48,113 nucleotides of DNA. It comes from an uncultured Ruminococcus sp. GTDB taxonomy: Bacteria; Bacillota; Clostridia; Oscillospirales; Acutalibacteraceae. The notes beneath the pieces were generated by a model. The model saw nothing but the letters and a program-made list of their open reading frames with translations, ran no database searches and was not told the DNA's origin. Of this stretch, positions 8,573-17,171 are shown piece by piece; the first letter of the stretch is position 1; each line of letters begins with the position of its first letter. The stretch is taken from the NCBI GenBank assembly GCA_902783855.1, contig CACZSU010000028.1:1-48113 (forward strand). Reading direction: 5' to 3'. Both the position numbers and the translations under genes were made by a program.

Positions 8573-9675
8573 ATCCGGCTCCTGACATTTTGTTGTTTTA
8601 CTTCTTCAACAGACTCACCTGCGGCAGCTGGTTCCCCTGGATGCTCAGCAGGCAGCTTTTCCGGTTGGATAATCTGCAGTGAAAGCACAAAATCAATCAC
8701 GCTGTCCGCCGCACGCTGCCACAGACCCTTTTCCATTGCTGTTCTGTACAGTACATCCAGCCCGATAAAAACCCCACAGCCCGCTGTCACCTGAAAAGGA
8801 TAGACCATCACCATTTCCTCGGACAGGATAAACGGCAGGACTGCCAGCGCTGCTGCCGGGGGAAACGGCTTACGGAAAATCATCAATAGTCCGATTGCAC
8901 CGGCAGCAGCGGCTGTTGCTCCCACCGTCAGCGGCAGCCGGAACAAATCCACGCACACCAGACGGCACGAGGTACCGAAAAACGTACACAGAACTGTGCA
9001 CAAAAAGAACCGCAGCGGCGCTTTATGCACCGGACTTTCTATTTCGGCAGCTTCTGCAAAAATCACCGCCAACGGCGGTGCAATCAGACAGATCATACCG
9101 CTGCCGATTGCCACAGCCGCCATGATACCGAACCCCAGTATCAGCCACAGCCGGCGCACCCATTCCATTTTCGGCTCAGGGTCTTCATAGTCATATTGGT
9201 TAACATCCACAACGCCATATTCTTCCAACAGCAGCCGGATACCGATCACTGCTGCTGTCAGTATCAGTACCGACAACGGATATATGATACTCTGCACATT
9301 GGTCAGAATCGGCAGGATGCCTGCTGACAGCATTGGCAGCATAGTCGACTTTGCCGCACCAAGGGCAAATATGCATACGATAAATGCGATCATTACTTTC
9401 AGAAACATCGGCAGCGGTACAAATGCCGACAGTCCGTACCCCATCAGTGCCGATACGGACATGAGCAGCAGCATCCGGATAGACGTAACCTTCCACGGCA
9501 TATGATCACTCAGAAATGCGCCTACTGTCAATGCCGCTATCTCCGGAAAAATAATTTCCGGCTCGTCGAACAATTCAGCAGCCAGTACCATCAGGGCTAC
9601 TGTCACGATCGCAGCCGGAAACCGGATCAGTATCTTTTGTCTGGTATTCAACTTTATCCTCCCATATTTTCCCAT
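8569..9675 (-). CDS. Polytopic integral membrane protein, possibly a duplicated HPP-like fold
   Basis: About 10 predicted TM helices in two halves, the second containing FPPAAALAVLP. The family assignment is tentative. The start is chosen at MGKYGRIK, while the longest ORF starts at 9723. Confidence 0.5.
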   Translation of the reverse strand: MGKYGRIKLNTRQKILIRFPAAIVTVALMVLAAELFDEPEIIFPEIAALTVGAFLSDHMPWKVTSIRMLLLMSVSALMGYGLSAFVPLPMFLKVMIAFIVCIFALGAAKSTMLPMLSAGILPILTNVQSIIYPLSVLILTAAVIGIRLLLEEYGVVDVNQYDYEDPEPKMEWVRRLWLILGFGIMAAVAIGSGMICLIAPPLAVIFAEAAEIESPVHKAPLRFFLCTVLCTFFGTSCRLVCVDLFRLPLTVGATAAAAGAIGLLMIFRKPFPPAAALAVLPFILSEEMVMVYPFQVTAGCGVFIGLDVLYRTAMEKGLWQRAADSVIDFVLSLQIIQPEKLPAEHPGEPAAAGESVEEVKQQNVRSRI

Positions 9676-9748
9676 ATACAACATTACCGCCCGTAAAAAA
9701 CGCAGGCGGCAATGTGTATTCAATTGTTGATTTACAGCTCTGCAATAA

Positions 9749-9913
9749 CCGGCGTGCCGCCGGCGTCGATACGCGATAGTCGCTGCGCTTACGCTCCGCT
9801 CTGGTTATGACTTAAACAAATTCGCACCCGCAGAATACATTTAACTGCACACTGCTTTTACGCAGCTTGTTCTGGTCAGCAGTTACTCTTTTTGCCAACT
9901 ATTATTTTACACT
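9749..9913 (+). repeat. Dispersed intergenic repeat, copy B (full length)
   Basis: CCGGCGTGCCGCCGGCG hairpin, then ...TCGCTGCGCTTACGCTCCGCTCTGGTTA...GCAGTTACTCTTTTTGCCAACTATTATTTTACACT. The last 7 nt overlap the ridA stop codon region. Confidence 0.85.
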
Positions 9914-10281
9914 ATCGCAATAACCTCTACTTCACAAAGCACATTCTTCGGCAATGTCTTGACAGCGACACAGGAACGTGCCGGTTTGCTGGTAAAATAC
10001 CTGCCGTAGATTTCATTGAATGCAGCAAAATCATTCATATCCGCAAGGAAACAAACCGTCTTGACTGCCTTATCAAAGGAAGAACCGGCTGCTTTGAGCA
10101 CTTCGCCCAGATTTTTCATAACCTGCTCGGTCTGTCCCTCAATGGTATCGGCTTCTACCATACCGCTGGCGGGATTGATAGCAATCTGACCGGAGGTAAA
10201 GACAAAATTGCCTGTTTTGACTGCCTGAGAATAGGGTCCGATAGCATCGGGGGCAGTTTTTGTGTAAACTTTTTCTGACAT
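9907..10281 (-). CDS. ridA: RidA/YjgF family reactive-intermediate (enamine/imine) deaminase
   Basis: Family motifs are GPYSQAV, TSGQIAINP and ARSCVAVKTLPKNVLCEVEVIA. The start is at MSEKVY. It lies in the same direction as ilvA two genes upstream, which fits the known RidA/IlvA functional link. Confidence 0.9.
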   Translation of the reverse strand: MSEKVYTKTAPDAIGPYSQAVKTGNFVFTSGQIAINPASGMVEADTIEGQTEQVMKNLGEVLKAAGSSFDKAVKTVCFLADMNDFAAFNEIYGRYFTSKPARSCVAVKTLPKNVLCEVEVIAIV

Positions 10282-10298
10282 ATAAATCATCCTTTCAT

Positions 10299-11411
10299 TT
10301 ATTCTGCATCAACGGGAGGATACAACCCCACGCTGAATGTAAGAAGCTCATTTTTACTGTAGGTGTAATATTTTTCTTTATAGCCAAGCGTGGCGAGAAT
10401 CACCTTGATCTCCTCCGCTGCCTTATCGAAATCATCCTTACTTTCAAAACGGAATTCCAGCAGATTCTTGCCGCTGTGGAACTGTTCCAGCGCACTGGCG
10501 CGGAAGGCAATCGTATCGCCGCTGCTGATATAATACTGCTTTCTGCGGTAATAATTATCGCCGGCACCGCCCGTATCTTCTTCAATCGCATCCGATTCAG
10601 GTGTATGATCATCGAACAATGCCATTTCTTCCTTTGTAATACAGAAGAAATCATGGTGGATATAGGGCACTCCGTTCCGGTCAGCATTATTGTAATCATC
10701 CCATGTTACGTCAATATACCGTTCGCTGCCCATCAGGTCATCCGCCCGGTTCCAGAGATGTTCTTTAGAATAGATATCACTGCTGTGGTAGCCCAGCTTA
10801 TCAAGCAGATACGTAAAGGCATAGGCATAGCCCTGACAGACAGCCTTATGCTCCACCAGAGCGCCATACAGATCGCGGATATGTTCGCCACCGTCATCAC
10901 TGCGGACAAATTGTGTCCTGCGGATCAATTCATCATGGACTGCAAGCATCTCATCCCAGGGGTCGCCGTATTGCATACTGCGGACAGTGCGGATTATATC
11001 CTCCGCTTCTGTTTCCAGCTCCTTGGTCATTGACTCCATATTTCCGGCATCGTTGGTATATACAAAATGGTATACTTTATAGTTTGTATTCTCATAGGTA
11101 GTCACAGAAAAGCTCCTGACCCAGAAATGATAGGCGCACAGATCCCTCCACTCAAACTCGGGATTATTTCTGATTGCCACCTGGGGTGTGCGTTCAGACA
11201 GATAATATTCCAGCATCTGCATGGAATACGCTTCGTTCTGCCTGTCCCATATCAGATAGGGGATATCCTGCGGGATAGCTGCTGCCCGCCGTTTATCGTC
11301 ATCTGAGTGCTGCCGCCACAGCACAGCACCGCTGACCACCGCCGCTGAAATAATCAGCACGATCAGCATCAGCAATACGTTTTTTCTGCCGGAAAATTGT
11401 CGTTTTGTCAA
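10299..11411 (-). CDS. Membrane-anchored transglutaminase-like (Cys-His-Asp) domain protein
   Basis: The N-terminal TM reads VLLMLIVLIISAAVVSGAVLW. The putative catalytic Cys sits in VCQGYAYAFTYLL, followed by EHLWN and DVTWDD, consistent with a transglutaminase-core triad. Confidence 0.65.
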   Translation of the reverse strand: MTKRQFSGRKNVLLMLIVLIISAAVVSGAVLWRQHSDDDKRRAAAIPQDIPYLIWDRQNEAYSMQMLEYYLSERTPQVAIRNNPEFEWRDLCAYHFWVRSFSVTTYENTNYKVYHFVYTNDAGNMESMTKELETEAEDIIRTVRSMQYGDPWDEMLAVHDELIRRTQFVRSDDGGEHIRDLYGALVEHKAVCQGYAYAFTYLLDKLGYHSSDIYSKEHLWNRADDLMGSERYIDVTWDDYNNADRNGVPYIHHDFFCITKEEMALFDDHTPESDAIEEDTGGAGDNYYRRKQYYISSGDTIAFRASALEQFHSGKNLLEFRFESKDDFDKAAEEIKVILATLGYKEKYYTYSKNELLTFSVGLYPPVDAE

Positions 11412-11469
11412 ACAGCCTGCGCCCCCTTGTCTGTTCAGGATTCAGCTGCTGACCGCTGCAGCTGAAATG

Positions 11470-12666
11470 TTACTGTACAATACGATAACCGTGTCTGGTG
11501 AGTTCGTCCTTGATTTTCTGGATATGCTCATGGTTTCTGGTTTCGAGGGACAAACGGAGATAGCAGGAATTGATATCGGTATTCAGATCTGCTCTGTCAT
11601 GGCTGACAGATACTACATTAGCGCCCAGCTTGGAAATAATCTTTGACACTGCCGTCATTTCACCCGGTTTATCCGTCAGCGCAACGGTAAACTCAGCCAA
11701 CCTGCCTGTTTTTTGCAGACCTCTGTCAATCACACGGGAAAGGATTGTCACATCAATATTACCGCCTGAAACAAGACAGCATACCTTTTTGCCCTTGATC
11801 GGCAGTTTATCGAACAATGCAGCCGCAACAGAAACAGCACCGGCACCCTCTGAAATCAGCTTCTGCTTTTCGATCAGGGAAAGGATAGCCGTAGCGGTTT
11901 CATCATCTGTGACAGTAATAATTTCATCCACATATTTTCCGCAGATATCAAATGTCAGATCACCCGGCGTCTTGACGGCAATACCATCGGCAAAGGTATT
12001 GACCCCCGGCAGTGTTTCGATGGCATTGTGTGCCATTGAAAGATACATAGACGGTGCGCCCGCACTCTGAACGCCGTATACTTTGACATTCGGATTGAGG
12101 GACTTGATGGCAAAAGCAACACCGCTGATCAGACCGCCGCCGCCGATAGGAACGATAACCGCATCCACATCAGGCAGCTGGTTCAGAATTTCCAGACCAA
12201 TGGTACCCTGACCGGCGATAACCATTTCATCATCAAACGGATGGATAAAGGTAGCGCCTGTTTCCTTTTGCAGCTCAACTGCCTTGTCGTGGGCATCATC
12301 ATAGGTTCCCTCCACCAGAACAGCCTCAGCACCATAGCTTTTGGTTGCCTCTACTTTAGAGATCGGCGCAGAATTCGGCATACAGATAACAGATTTGATG
12401 CCATATCTTTGTGCAGCCAGTGCAACACCCTGTGCATGGTTACCAGCGCTGCAGGCGATAACACCCTTTTCTCTTTCCTCCGGTGTCAGCTGCGAAATTT
12501 TATAGTACGCTCCCCTCGCCTTAAAAGCACCGGTAATCTGAAGGTTTTCTGTTTTCAGATACAGTTCACATTCGTCTGACAGGTTGGTTGCCTTAATCAT
12601 ATCCGTTGGACGAATCACCTCTTTTAATACATAAGAAGCATGATAGATTTTGTCTAAAGTCAGCAT
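11470..12666 (-). CDS. ilvA: Threonine ammonia-lyase (threonine dehydratase) with a C-terminal ACT-like domain
   Basis: The PLP lysine motif is NLQITGAFKARGA and the glycine loop is PIGGGGLISG. The regulatory tail is about 80 aa. Confidence 0.9.
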   Translation of the reverse strand: MLTLDKIYHASYVLKEVIRPTDMIKATNLSDECELYLKTENLQITGAFKARGAYYKISQLTPEEREKGVIACSAGNHAQGVALAAQRYGIKSVICMPNSAPISKVEATKSYGAEAVLVEGTYDDAHDKAVELQKETGATFIHPFDDEMVIAGQGTIGLEILNQLPDVDAVIVPIGGGGLISGVAFAIKSLNPNVKVYGVQSAGAPSMYLSMAHNAIETLPGVNTFADGIAVKTPGDLTFDICGKYVDEIITVTDDETATAILSLIEKQKLISEGAGAVSVAAALFDKLPIKGKKVCCLVSGGNIDVTILSRVIDRGLQKTGRLAEFTVALTDKPGEMTAVSKIISKLGANVVSVSHDRADLNTDINSCYLRLSLETRNHEHIQKIKDELTRHGYRIVQ

Positions 12667-12740
12667 TTTGATTTCCCCTCGTTTAAAAAATACTTTACTA
12701 TAATAAAATACCGCTTTTTGTTCAAAATGTCAAGCCTTTA

Positions 12741-12914
12741 GCGCCGAGCCGGCGGCGAGCCGCCGCTCCCTGAACGCGGCAGTCGCTACACTACGTTCCG
12801 CTCTGGTATAGCCTGAACATATTCACACCCGCAGAATGCATTTAACAGCACACTGCTTTTACGCAGCTTACTTTGGTTGACAGTCACTCTGTTTGCCAAC
12901 TATTATTTTACACT
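12741..12914 (+). repeat. Dispersed intergenic repeat, copy C (full length)
   Basis: GCGCCGAGCCGGCGGCGAGCCGCCGC hairpins, then CTCCCTGAACGCGGCAGTCGCTACACTACGTTCCGCTCTGGTATAG...GTTTGCCAACTATTATTTTACACT. Confidence 0.85.
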
Positions 12915-12916
12915 TT

Positions 12917-13019
12917 GGCGCTCCCAATTCGCGATAGTCGCTGCACTACGTTCCGCTCTGTATAGCCTGAACATATTCTGGTTAGCAGTTACTCTATTAG
13001 CTAACAATAATTTTACACT
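12917..13019 (+). repeat. Dispersed intergenic repeat, copy C' (internally deleted, tandem to copy C)
   Basis: GGCGCTCCCAATTCGCGATAGTCGCTGCACTACGTTCCGCTCTGTATAGCCTGAACATATTC...GCAGTTACTCTATTAGCTAACAATAATTTTACACT. About 60 bp of the central part are missing. Confidence 0.8.
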
Positions 13020-13075
13020 TTCTCCCAGATCCCTTCCTAAAAAAAACGTATTCTGCGAGATTCGCTTTTAAAAAC

Positions 13076-13104
13076 GATGTCCGCTGCACTAATAACAGCG
13101 GACA
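13076..13104 (-). terminator. Intrinsic terminator of the GGDEF gene transcript (usable bidirectionally)
   Basis: ATGTCCGCTG (13076-13085) pairs with CAGCGGACAT (13095-13104), a 10-bp perfect stem with a 9-nt loop. On the minus strand it is followed by CGUUUUUAAAA, and on the plus strand by AUUGAUUAUUUU. Confidence 0.7.
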
Positions 13105-13186
13105 TATTGATTATTTTCGCCCATACATTTTCCTGCACGAAAACGTCAAAGAACCACAAAAGTCCTCTTGCAAATGCATTGCGGGT

Positions 13187-13305
13187 CAAGGGAGCTTAGC
13201 TCCCTTGCAGGGTCCAGGGACGGCGTCCCTGGCGGATTCCAAAGGCAGAGCCTTTGGCAGGGTCCGGGACAGCATCCCGGCAGGATCCAGGGACGGCGTC
13301 CCGGC
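13187..13305. repeat. Tandem array of five short hairpins separated by a conserved 6-nt linker (REP/BIME-like)
   Basis: The hairpins are at 13187-13207 (CAAGGGAGC/GCTCCCTTG), 13214-13232 (CCAGGGACG/CGTCCCTGG), 13239-13257 (CCAAAGGC/GCCTTTGG), 13264-13280 (CCGGGA/TCCCGG) and 13287-13304 (CCAGGGACG/CGTCCCGG). The linkers read CAGGGT, CGGATT, CAGGGT, CAGGAT and CAGGAA. The array lies between the GGDEF gene stop (13311) and the terminator at 13076-13104. Confidence 0.8.
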
Positions 13306-13310
13306 AGGAA

Positions 13311-16300
13311 TTAATCAGCGTCGTGATAGGTCTGGCGGAAAGCACGTTCTTTTTCTTCCGTCCAGATGGAGTAGTTGGACTTACCGCTTTTCTTGATGGT
13401 GTAGAGCATGGTATCGGCGTGTTTGAGTGCCACGTTCATGTGGTTGTGGTCGTACACCTCCATGCCGGCGATTCCGATAGAGCAGGAAACACGGTGGCTT
13501 TCGGGAACGTTTGCCTTGGCATGAATAGTAGCTTCTATTTCGGGGATAAAATAGCCGCACTGTTCGATTCCTTTGTAGATAGCCTTGGCAATTTTTTCGC
13601 CGTCCTGTTCGGTTCCGCCAGGAAGGACGATCAGGAATTCATCACCGCCGTAACGGACGGTATAACCCCGTGCGCCGACCACCCGTTCAAACAGACGTGA
13701 AAAGGCAATCAGGATTTCGTCGCCAACATCGTGTCCATAGGTATCGTTGCAGAATTTGAAATTATCCAGATCAAGATAAATAACCGTTGCTTCAATATTA
13801 TCCCGTTTGCCGGAAGCGACCAGCTTGGTATAATCGTCTATCTTCTTTGCGAAGCCCTGGCGGTTGAGCAGACCCGTCAGCAGGTCGGTTACCGCACTTT
13901 GCTGGAGCTTGTGGTTCATTTCGTTGATTTCGTCCCTTGCTTTCAGACGATAGATCGTATCGTTCATCTGGCGCAGGGCAAATTTGAAGATCGTCAGATC
14001 GTTGCGGTCAAAGAAATTGATATTGCCGGTCATGTTCTCATGCATTTCAATGCACGACAGCATAAAGCCCGTCAGGTCGTTGCCCATATACACAGGCACA
14101 CAGACAAACGACACAATATTATTGACACCGAACATATTCAGGATCGGTGTGTATTCATAAAACTCTCTCTCAAAACGAGAAGCAACAAATTCCTTTTTAT
14201 GTCTGGTCAGATAAGTTGTCAGCTCTGTCAGCATATCACTGGAGAAATGCAGATCGCCGCTGTTGTAGCGGACAATGGGCATACCATTGATCACATCCAC
14301 ATACAGAATATAGTCAACATTATAGTTATTCTGCATCGTAATCATGGAATCCTCAATGATCGTTTCACAAGTGGAATTGGATTTATTCAGCATTTCCTGC
14401 CATGCTACCAGGAAGTTGATACCCTTTGTCTTATCCGCCAGCAGCATCTGCATTTCAGCCAGCTGCGCCAGCTCCTCTATCTGGTATTTATTGAGATGCT
14501 TCAGCGGCAGCGGAATATGCTTTTCAATCAGCGGCTGGTGGTGCAGCTTGGCAAACAGCCGCTCCTCCTTATGCTTATATCCGTTCTTATTACAGAACTC
14601 AATAGCCTCCTCCAGAATCGCATCCGCATCCTCGGGACGCCCCAGCGCCATAAACAGGTCGTACTGTTCCTCTGCAAACATCGCATATACAAAGAAATGC
14701 AGTCCCACTGTACGCATCATATGATACTTTGCCTTATCCATATATTTCTGTGCCTGCTCCAGGCTTTCTGATTTTTCCAGCAGGGCGCTGACAAAATAAT
14801 AGAAGAACATATCGTCATCCCACAGGAAGTAGCTGGGTTCACCCTCGCAGTGCAGCAGGTGGTACAGCACCCGCTCCATCTTATTCAGATAGAAATGGGC
14901 ATTATACTCGATACCCATGCGATAGCTGCAATAAACAATCATACCATACACCTTGGATATATTACAGATACGCATATGGTGCATTTTCTTGGAATCCAGC
15001 AGCTTGAGCACGTGCAGCAGATAATGGTAGGCGATTTCATAATTGCCTGACAGAATCGCATTGGTTGCCATGTTATACAATGTTTCAGCAACATCATACG
15101 GCGATTTCAGCTTAAAGAACAGATCCAGCGCCTGATTGAAATAATCGTTCGCCATTGCAAACTGTTCGCTGACAATACGGTTAAAGCCAAGACCGTTATA
15201 GATCTGCGCTTCTTCATTTTTATCGTTCTGTCCTTCAATAATTTCCAGACACTTCTTATAATAATAATCTACAAATGTAAAATAACCATAGCCCTGTGCC
15301 AGAAAGACATTCTTCTTCCATGCGGCGATAATCAGGCGTTCATTTTTCAGCTTTTTGGCAATGCCCATTGCTTCGGCAAAGCTTTCATTATTTTCGCAGG
15401 TTTCGATATCACCTGAGAAATACTCCTTACGGTTGCCGCAGCCGTAGAACATAATATGTGCCAGGTGGTTATACATCTGGTATTTGATAGCCTTCTCCTT
15501 GAATTCCTTGATGCTTTCACTTTCATCAATGCGGTACCACATATACTGCGTCCAGCCATCCAGGCGGCACATATAATCCAGCATCTGGGAATAAACCTGA
15601 TAGCGCTCCGAACCGGTCTTTTTAGCGATCTTCATACACTTATCGCAGTTTTTCCTTGCAAGCGCCGACTGTCCGCTGTAGATTTCGCATATTGTCAGCA
15701 GGGAATGGTACTTGAAGGTATATTTGATATTCGGGTGCTTGTTATTGACATTCTTGAGCCTGTCGCACATAATCAGTGCCGTTGTGAAATTCTTATCATA
15801 TGTAGCCGCTGTCGCATACAGAATATAGAATCGAACCAGCGTCTTTGTATTCAGATTCACCTTGTCACCGATCAGACGGTTATAGACAATTTCCAGATAA
15901 TACATTGCCTGCTTGGTTGCCAGCGACCAGATCATATTATTGATCTTCACCAGATATTCATTCAGATCCGGCAGAATCGGCTCAAAGCTCTCAATAATAT
16001 TGACATCTGCCTGCGGATCCTGGATATTCCAGTCCAGCATATAGTTCAGATCTTCAATCTCATGCACCAGCTCTGACCAGATTTCCAGCGTATAGGCAGG
16101 CGCTACATAGGCTTCATTATAATTGGCAAGCAGCGAAATATTGGTATAGCTTTTGGAGATAAAGCGGTAAAGAAAATTCAGTGTACTGTTCTCTGCCAGA
16201 TGCAGGCGGTTCAGCACCAGAAACAACGTATGCTGTCTGGAAATATATGACAGAATGTTCACCAGAGAATTGGCAAACATCTTCTTTTCATATTCCACCT

Positions 16301-16676
16301 CGCCGACAATGATCTCCTCGGTTCTGTCACATTCTCCCGTTGTAATATAGGATTTAATGGTTGAACGGCTCAGATAGTACACATCCGCTTCTTCCAGAAA
16401 CGTATCCAGCGGAACATTCACGTAATATTTGTAATACAATTGCTTGATCCAGCCCAGGAACGGTTCATATGCCTCCTGCATTTTATTAGCGCTGAATTCA
16501 TGATACAGCAATTCAATTTCACTGCTGCTTTTTGCCACGGCCTCCTGTATGGCATCCACAGACACACTCAGCGTGTTATAATGTTTAACGAAAAGAATGC
16601 TGCTATGGCGCTGTTCCAGGCCATGAATAATTGAATCTACTATTTTTCTCGTATACAACTGAGAACAAGATTCCAT
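13311..16676 (-). CDS. Large cytoplasmic signalling protein: TPR-rich N-terminal region, GAF-like domain and GGDEF diguanylate cyclase domain
   Basis: The C-terminus reads LTGLLNRQGF...VIYLDLDNFKFCNDTYGHDVGD...RYGGDEFLIVLPG, an intact GGDEF. The preceding roughly 150 aa are GAF-like. A long helical repeat region has many Y/F/L-rich TPR-like units. The start is at MESCSQ (16676), 7 nt after GGAGGG. Confidence 0.85.
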   Translation of the reverse strand: MESCSQLYTRKIVDSIIHGLEQRHSSILFVKHYNTLSVSVDAIQEAVAKSSSEIELLYHEFSANKMQEAYEPFLGWIKQLYYKYYVNVPLDTFLEEADVYYLSRSTIKSYITTGECDRTEEIIVGEVEYEKKMFANSLVNILSYISRQHTLFLVLNRLHLAENSTLNFLYRFISKSYTNISLLANYNEAYVAPAYTLEIWSELVHEIEDLNYMLDWNIQDPQADVNIIESFEPILPDLNEYLVKINNMIWSLATKQAMYYLEIVYNRLIGDKVNLNTKTLVRFYILYATAATYDKNFTTALIMCDRLKNVNNKHPNIKYTFKYHSLLTICEIYSGQSALARKNCDKCMKIAKKTGSERYQVYSQMLDYMCRLDGWTQYMWYRIDESESIKEFKEKAIKYQMYNHLAHIMFYGCGNRKEYFSGDIETCENNESFAEAMGIAKKLKNERLIIAAWKKNVFLAQGYGYFTFVDYYYKKCLEIIEGQNDKNEEAQIYNGLGFNRIVSEQFAMANDYFNQALDLFFKLKSPYDVAETLYNMATNAILSGNYEIAYHYLLHVLKLLDSKKMHHMRICNISKVYGMIVYCSYRMGIEYNAHFYLNKMERVLYHLLHCEGEPSYFLWDDDMFFYYFVSALLEKSESLEQAQKYMDKAKYHMMRTVGLHFFVYAMFAEEQYDLFMALGRPEDADAILEEAIEFCNKNGYKHKEERLFAKLHHQPLIEKHIPLPLKHLNKYQIEELAQLAEMQMLLADKTKGINFLVAWQEMLNKSNSTCETIIEDSMITMQNNYNVDYILYVDVINGMPIVRYNSGDLHFSSDMLTELTTYLTRHKKEFVASRFEREFYEYTPILNMFGVNNIVSFVCVPVYMGNDLTGFMLSCIEMHENMTGNINFFDRNDLTIFKFALRQMNDTIYRLKARDEINEMNHKLQQSAVTDLLTGLLNRQGFAKKIDDYTKLVASGKRDNIEATVIYLDLDNFKFCNDTYGHDVGDEILIAFSRLFERVVGARGYTVRYGGDEFLIVLPGGTEQDGEKIAKAIYKGIEQCGYFIPEIEATIHAKANVPESHRVSCSIGIAGMEVYDHNHMNVALKHADTMLYTIKKSGKSNYSIWTEEKERAFRQTYHDAD

Positions 16677-17120
16677 AACCGTACCCTCCTGACTTTCATC
16701 TGCGTGCATCAGCCATTTATACAGACCGTCCTGCACAAAAAGCATCGTGACTTCTTTCCCATTTCCCCTTTTACGGACAAATCACATAAACACTCATATG
16801 TTTAAATTATAACAAATCAACCTATTTTTTTCAATATCTAATTTGTGATTTTGTAGCATTTGTTTATACTTTTCAGTAAAAATTACTCCAAAATTTCATT
16901 CCGGTAATTTATCACAATCAAAGCTGTCACAAAACAGAAGCATATTACTATTTGTTGTGCAACTCTTACAAATATACAATTTGTATAATGATTTTTTCAG
17001 CAAAAATAACCTGATACTTCATTATCGCATATTTTCCGCCGTGATTAAACGAATCTTTGTAAAATAATTGTGACCCATTTGTTAACAAAACAAAAAACTA
17101 ACCCTTCCAGGCTTGCAATG

Positions 17121-17129
17121 TGGTATAAT
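17121..17129 (+). promoter_or_regulatory. Extended -10 promoter element (TGGTATAAT) for the 17172 gene
   Basis: TGgTATAAT lies about 43 nt upstream of ATG 17172 in an AT-rich divergent intergenic region. The -35 is poor. Confidence 0.4.
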
Positions 17130-17171
17130 ATAGAAAGATATATCCTGAACATCCTCACAAGGAGGTTTCCC

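Noticed and set aside
10260-11033. 257-aa plus-strand ORF, together with similar long antisense ORFs at 13731-14771, 15456-16076, 26612-27436, 5214-5846 and 33940-34743
   Set aside because: Each is nested antisense within a longer ORF that has recognisable family motifs. They lack ribosome-binding sites and show the Ile/Phe/Leu- or Cys/His-rich composition expected of non-coding frames.
13187-13305. The possibility that the periodic array is a small CRISPR locus
   Set aside because: The conserved unit is only 6-10 nt. The variable parts are themselves perfect palindromes of 15-21 nt, not spacers. The period is 23-27 nt, and no cas genes or leader are nearby.
13205-13700. Plus-strand ORFs (63 and 148 aa) with repeated GPGTAS/GSGTAS/DPGTAS peptides
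   Set aside because: The periodic peptide is a translation artefact of the tandem hairpin array (13187-13305). The ORFs have no ribosome-binding site and run antisense into the well-supported GGDEF gene.
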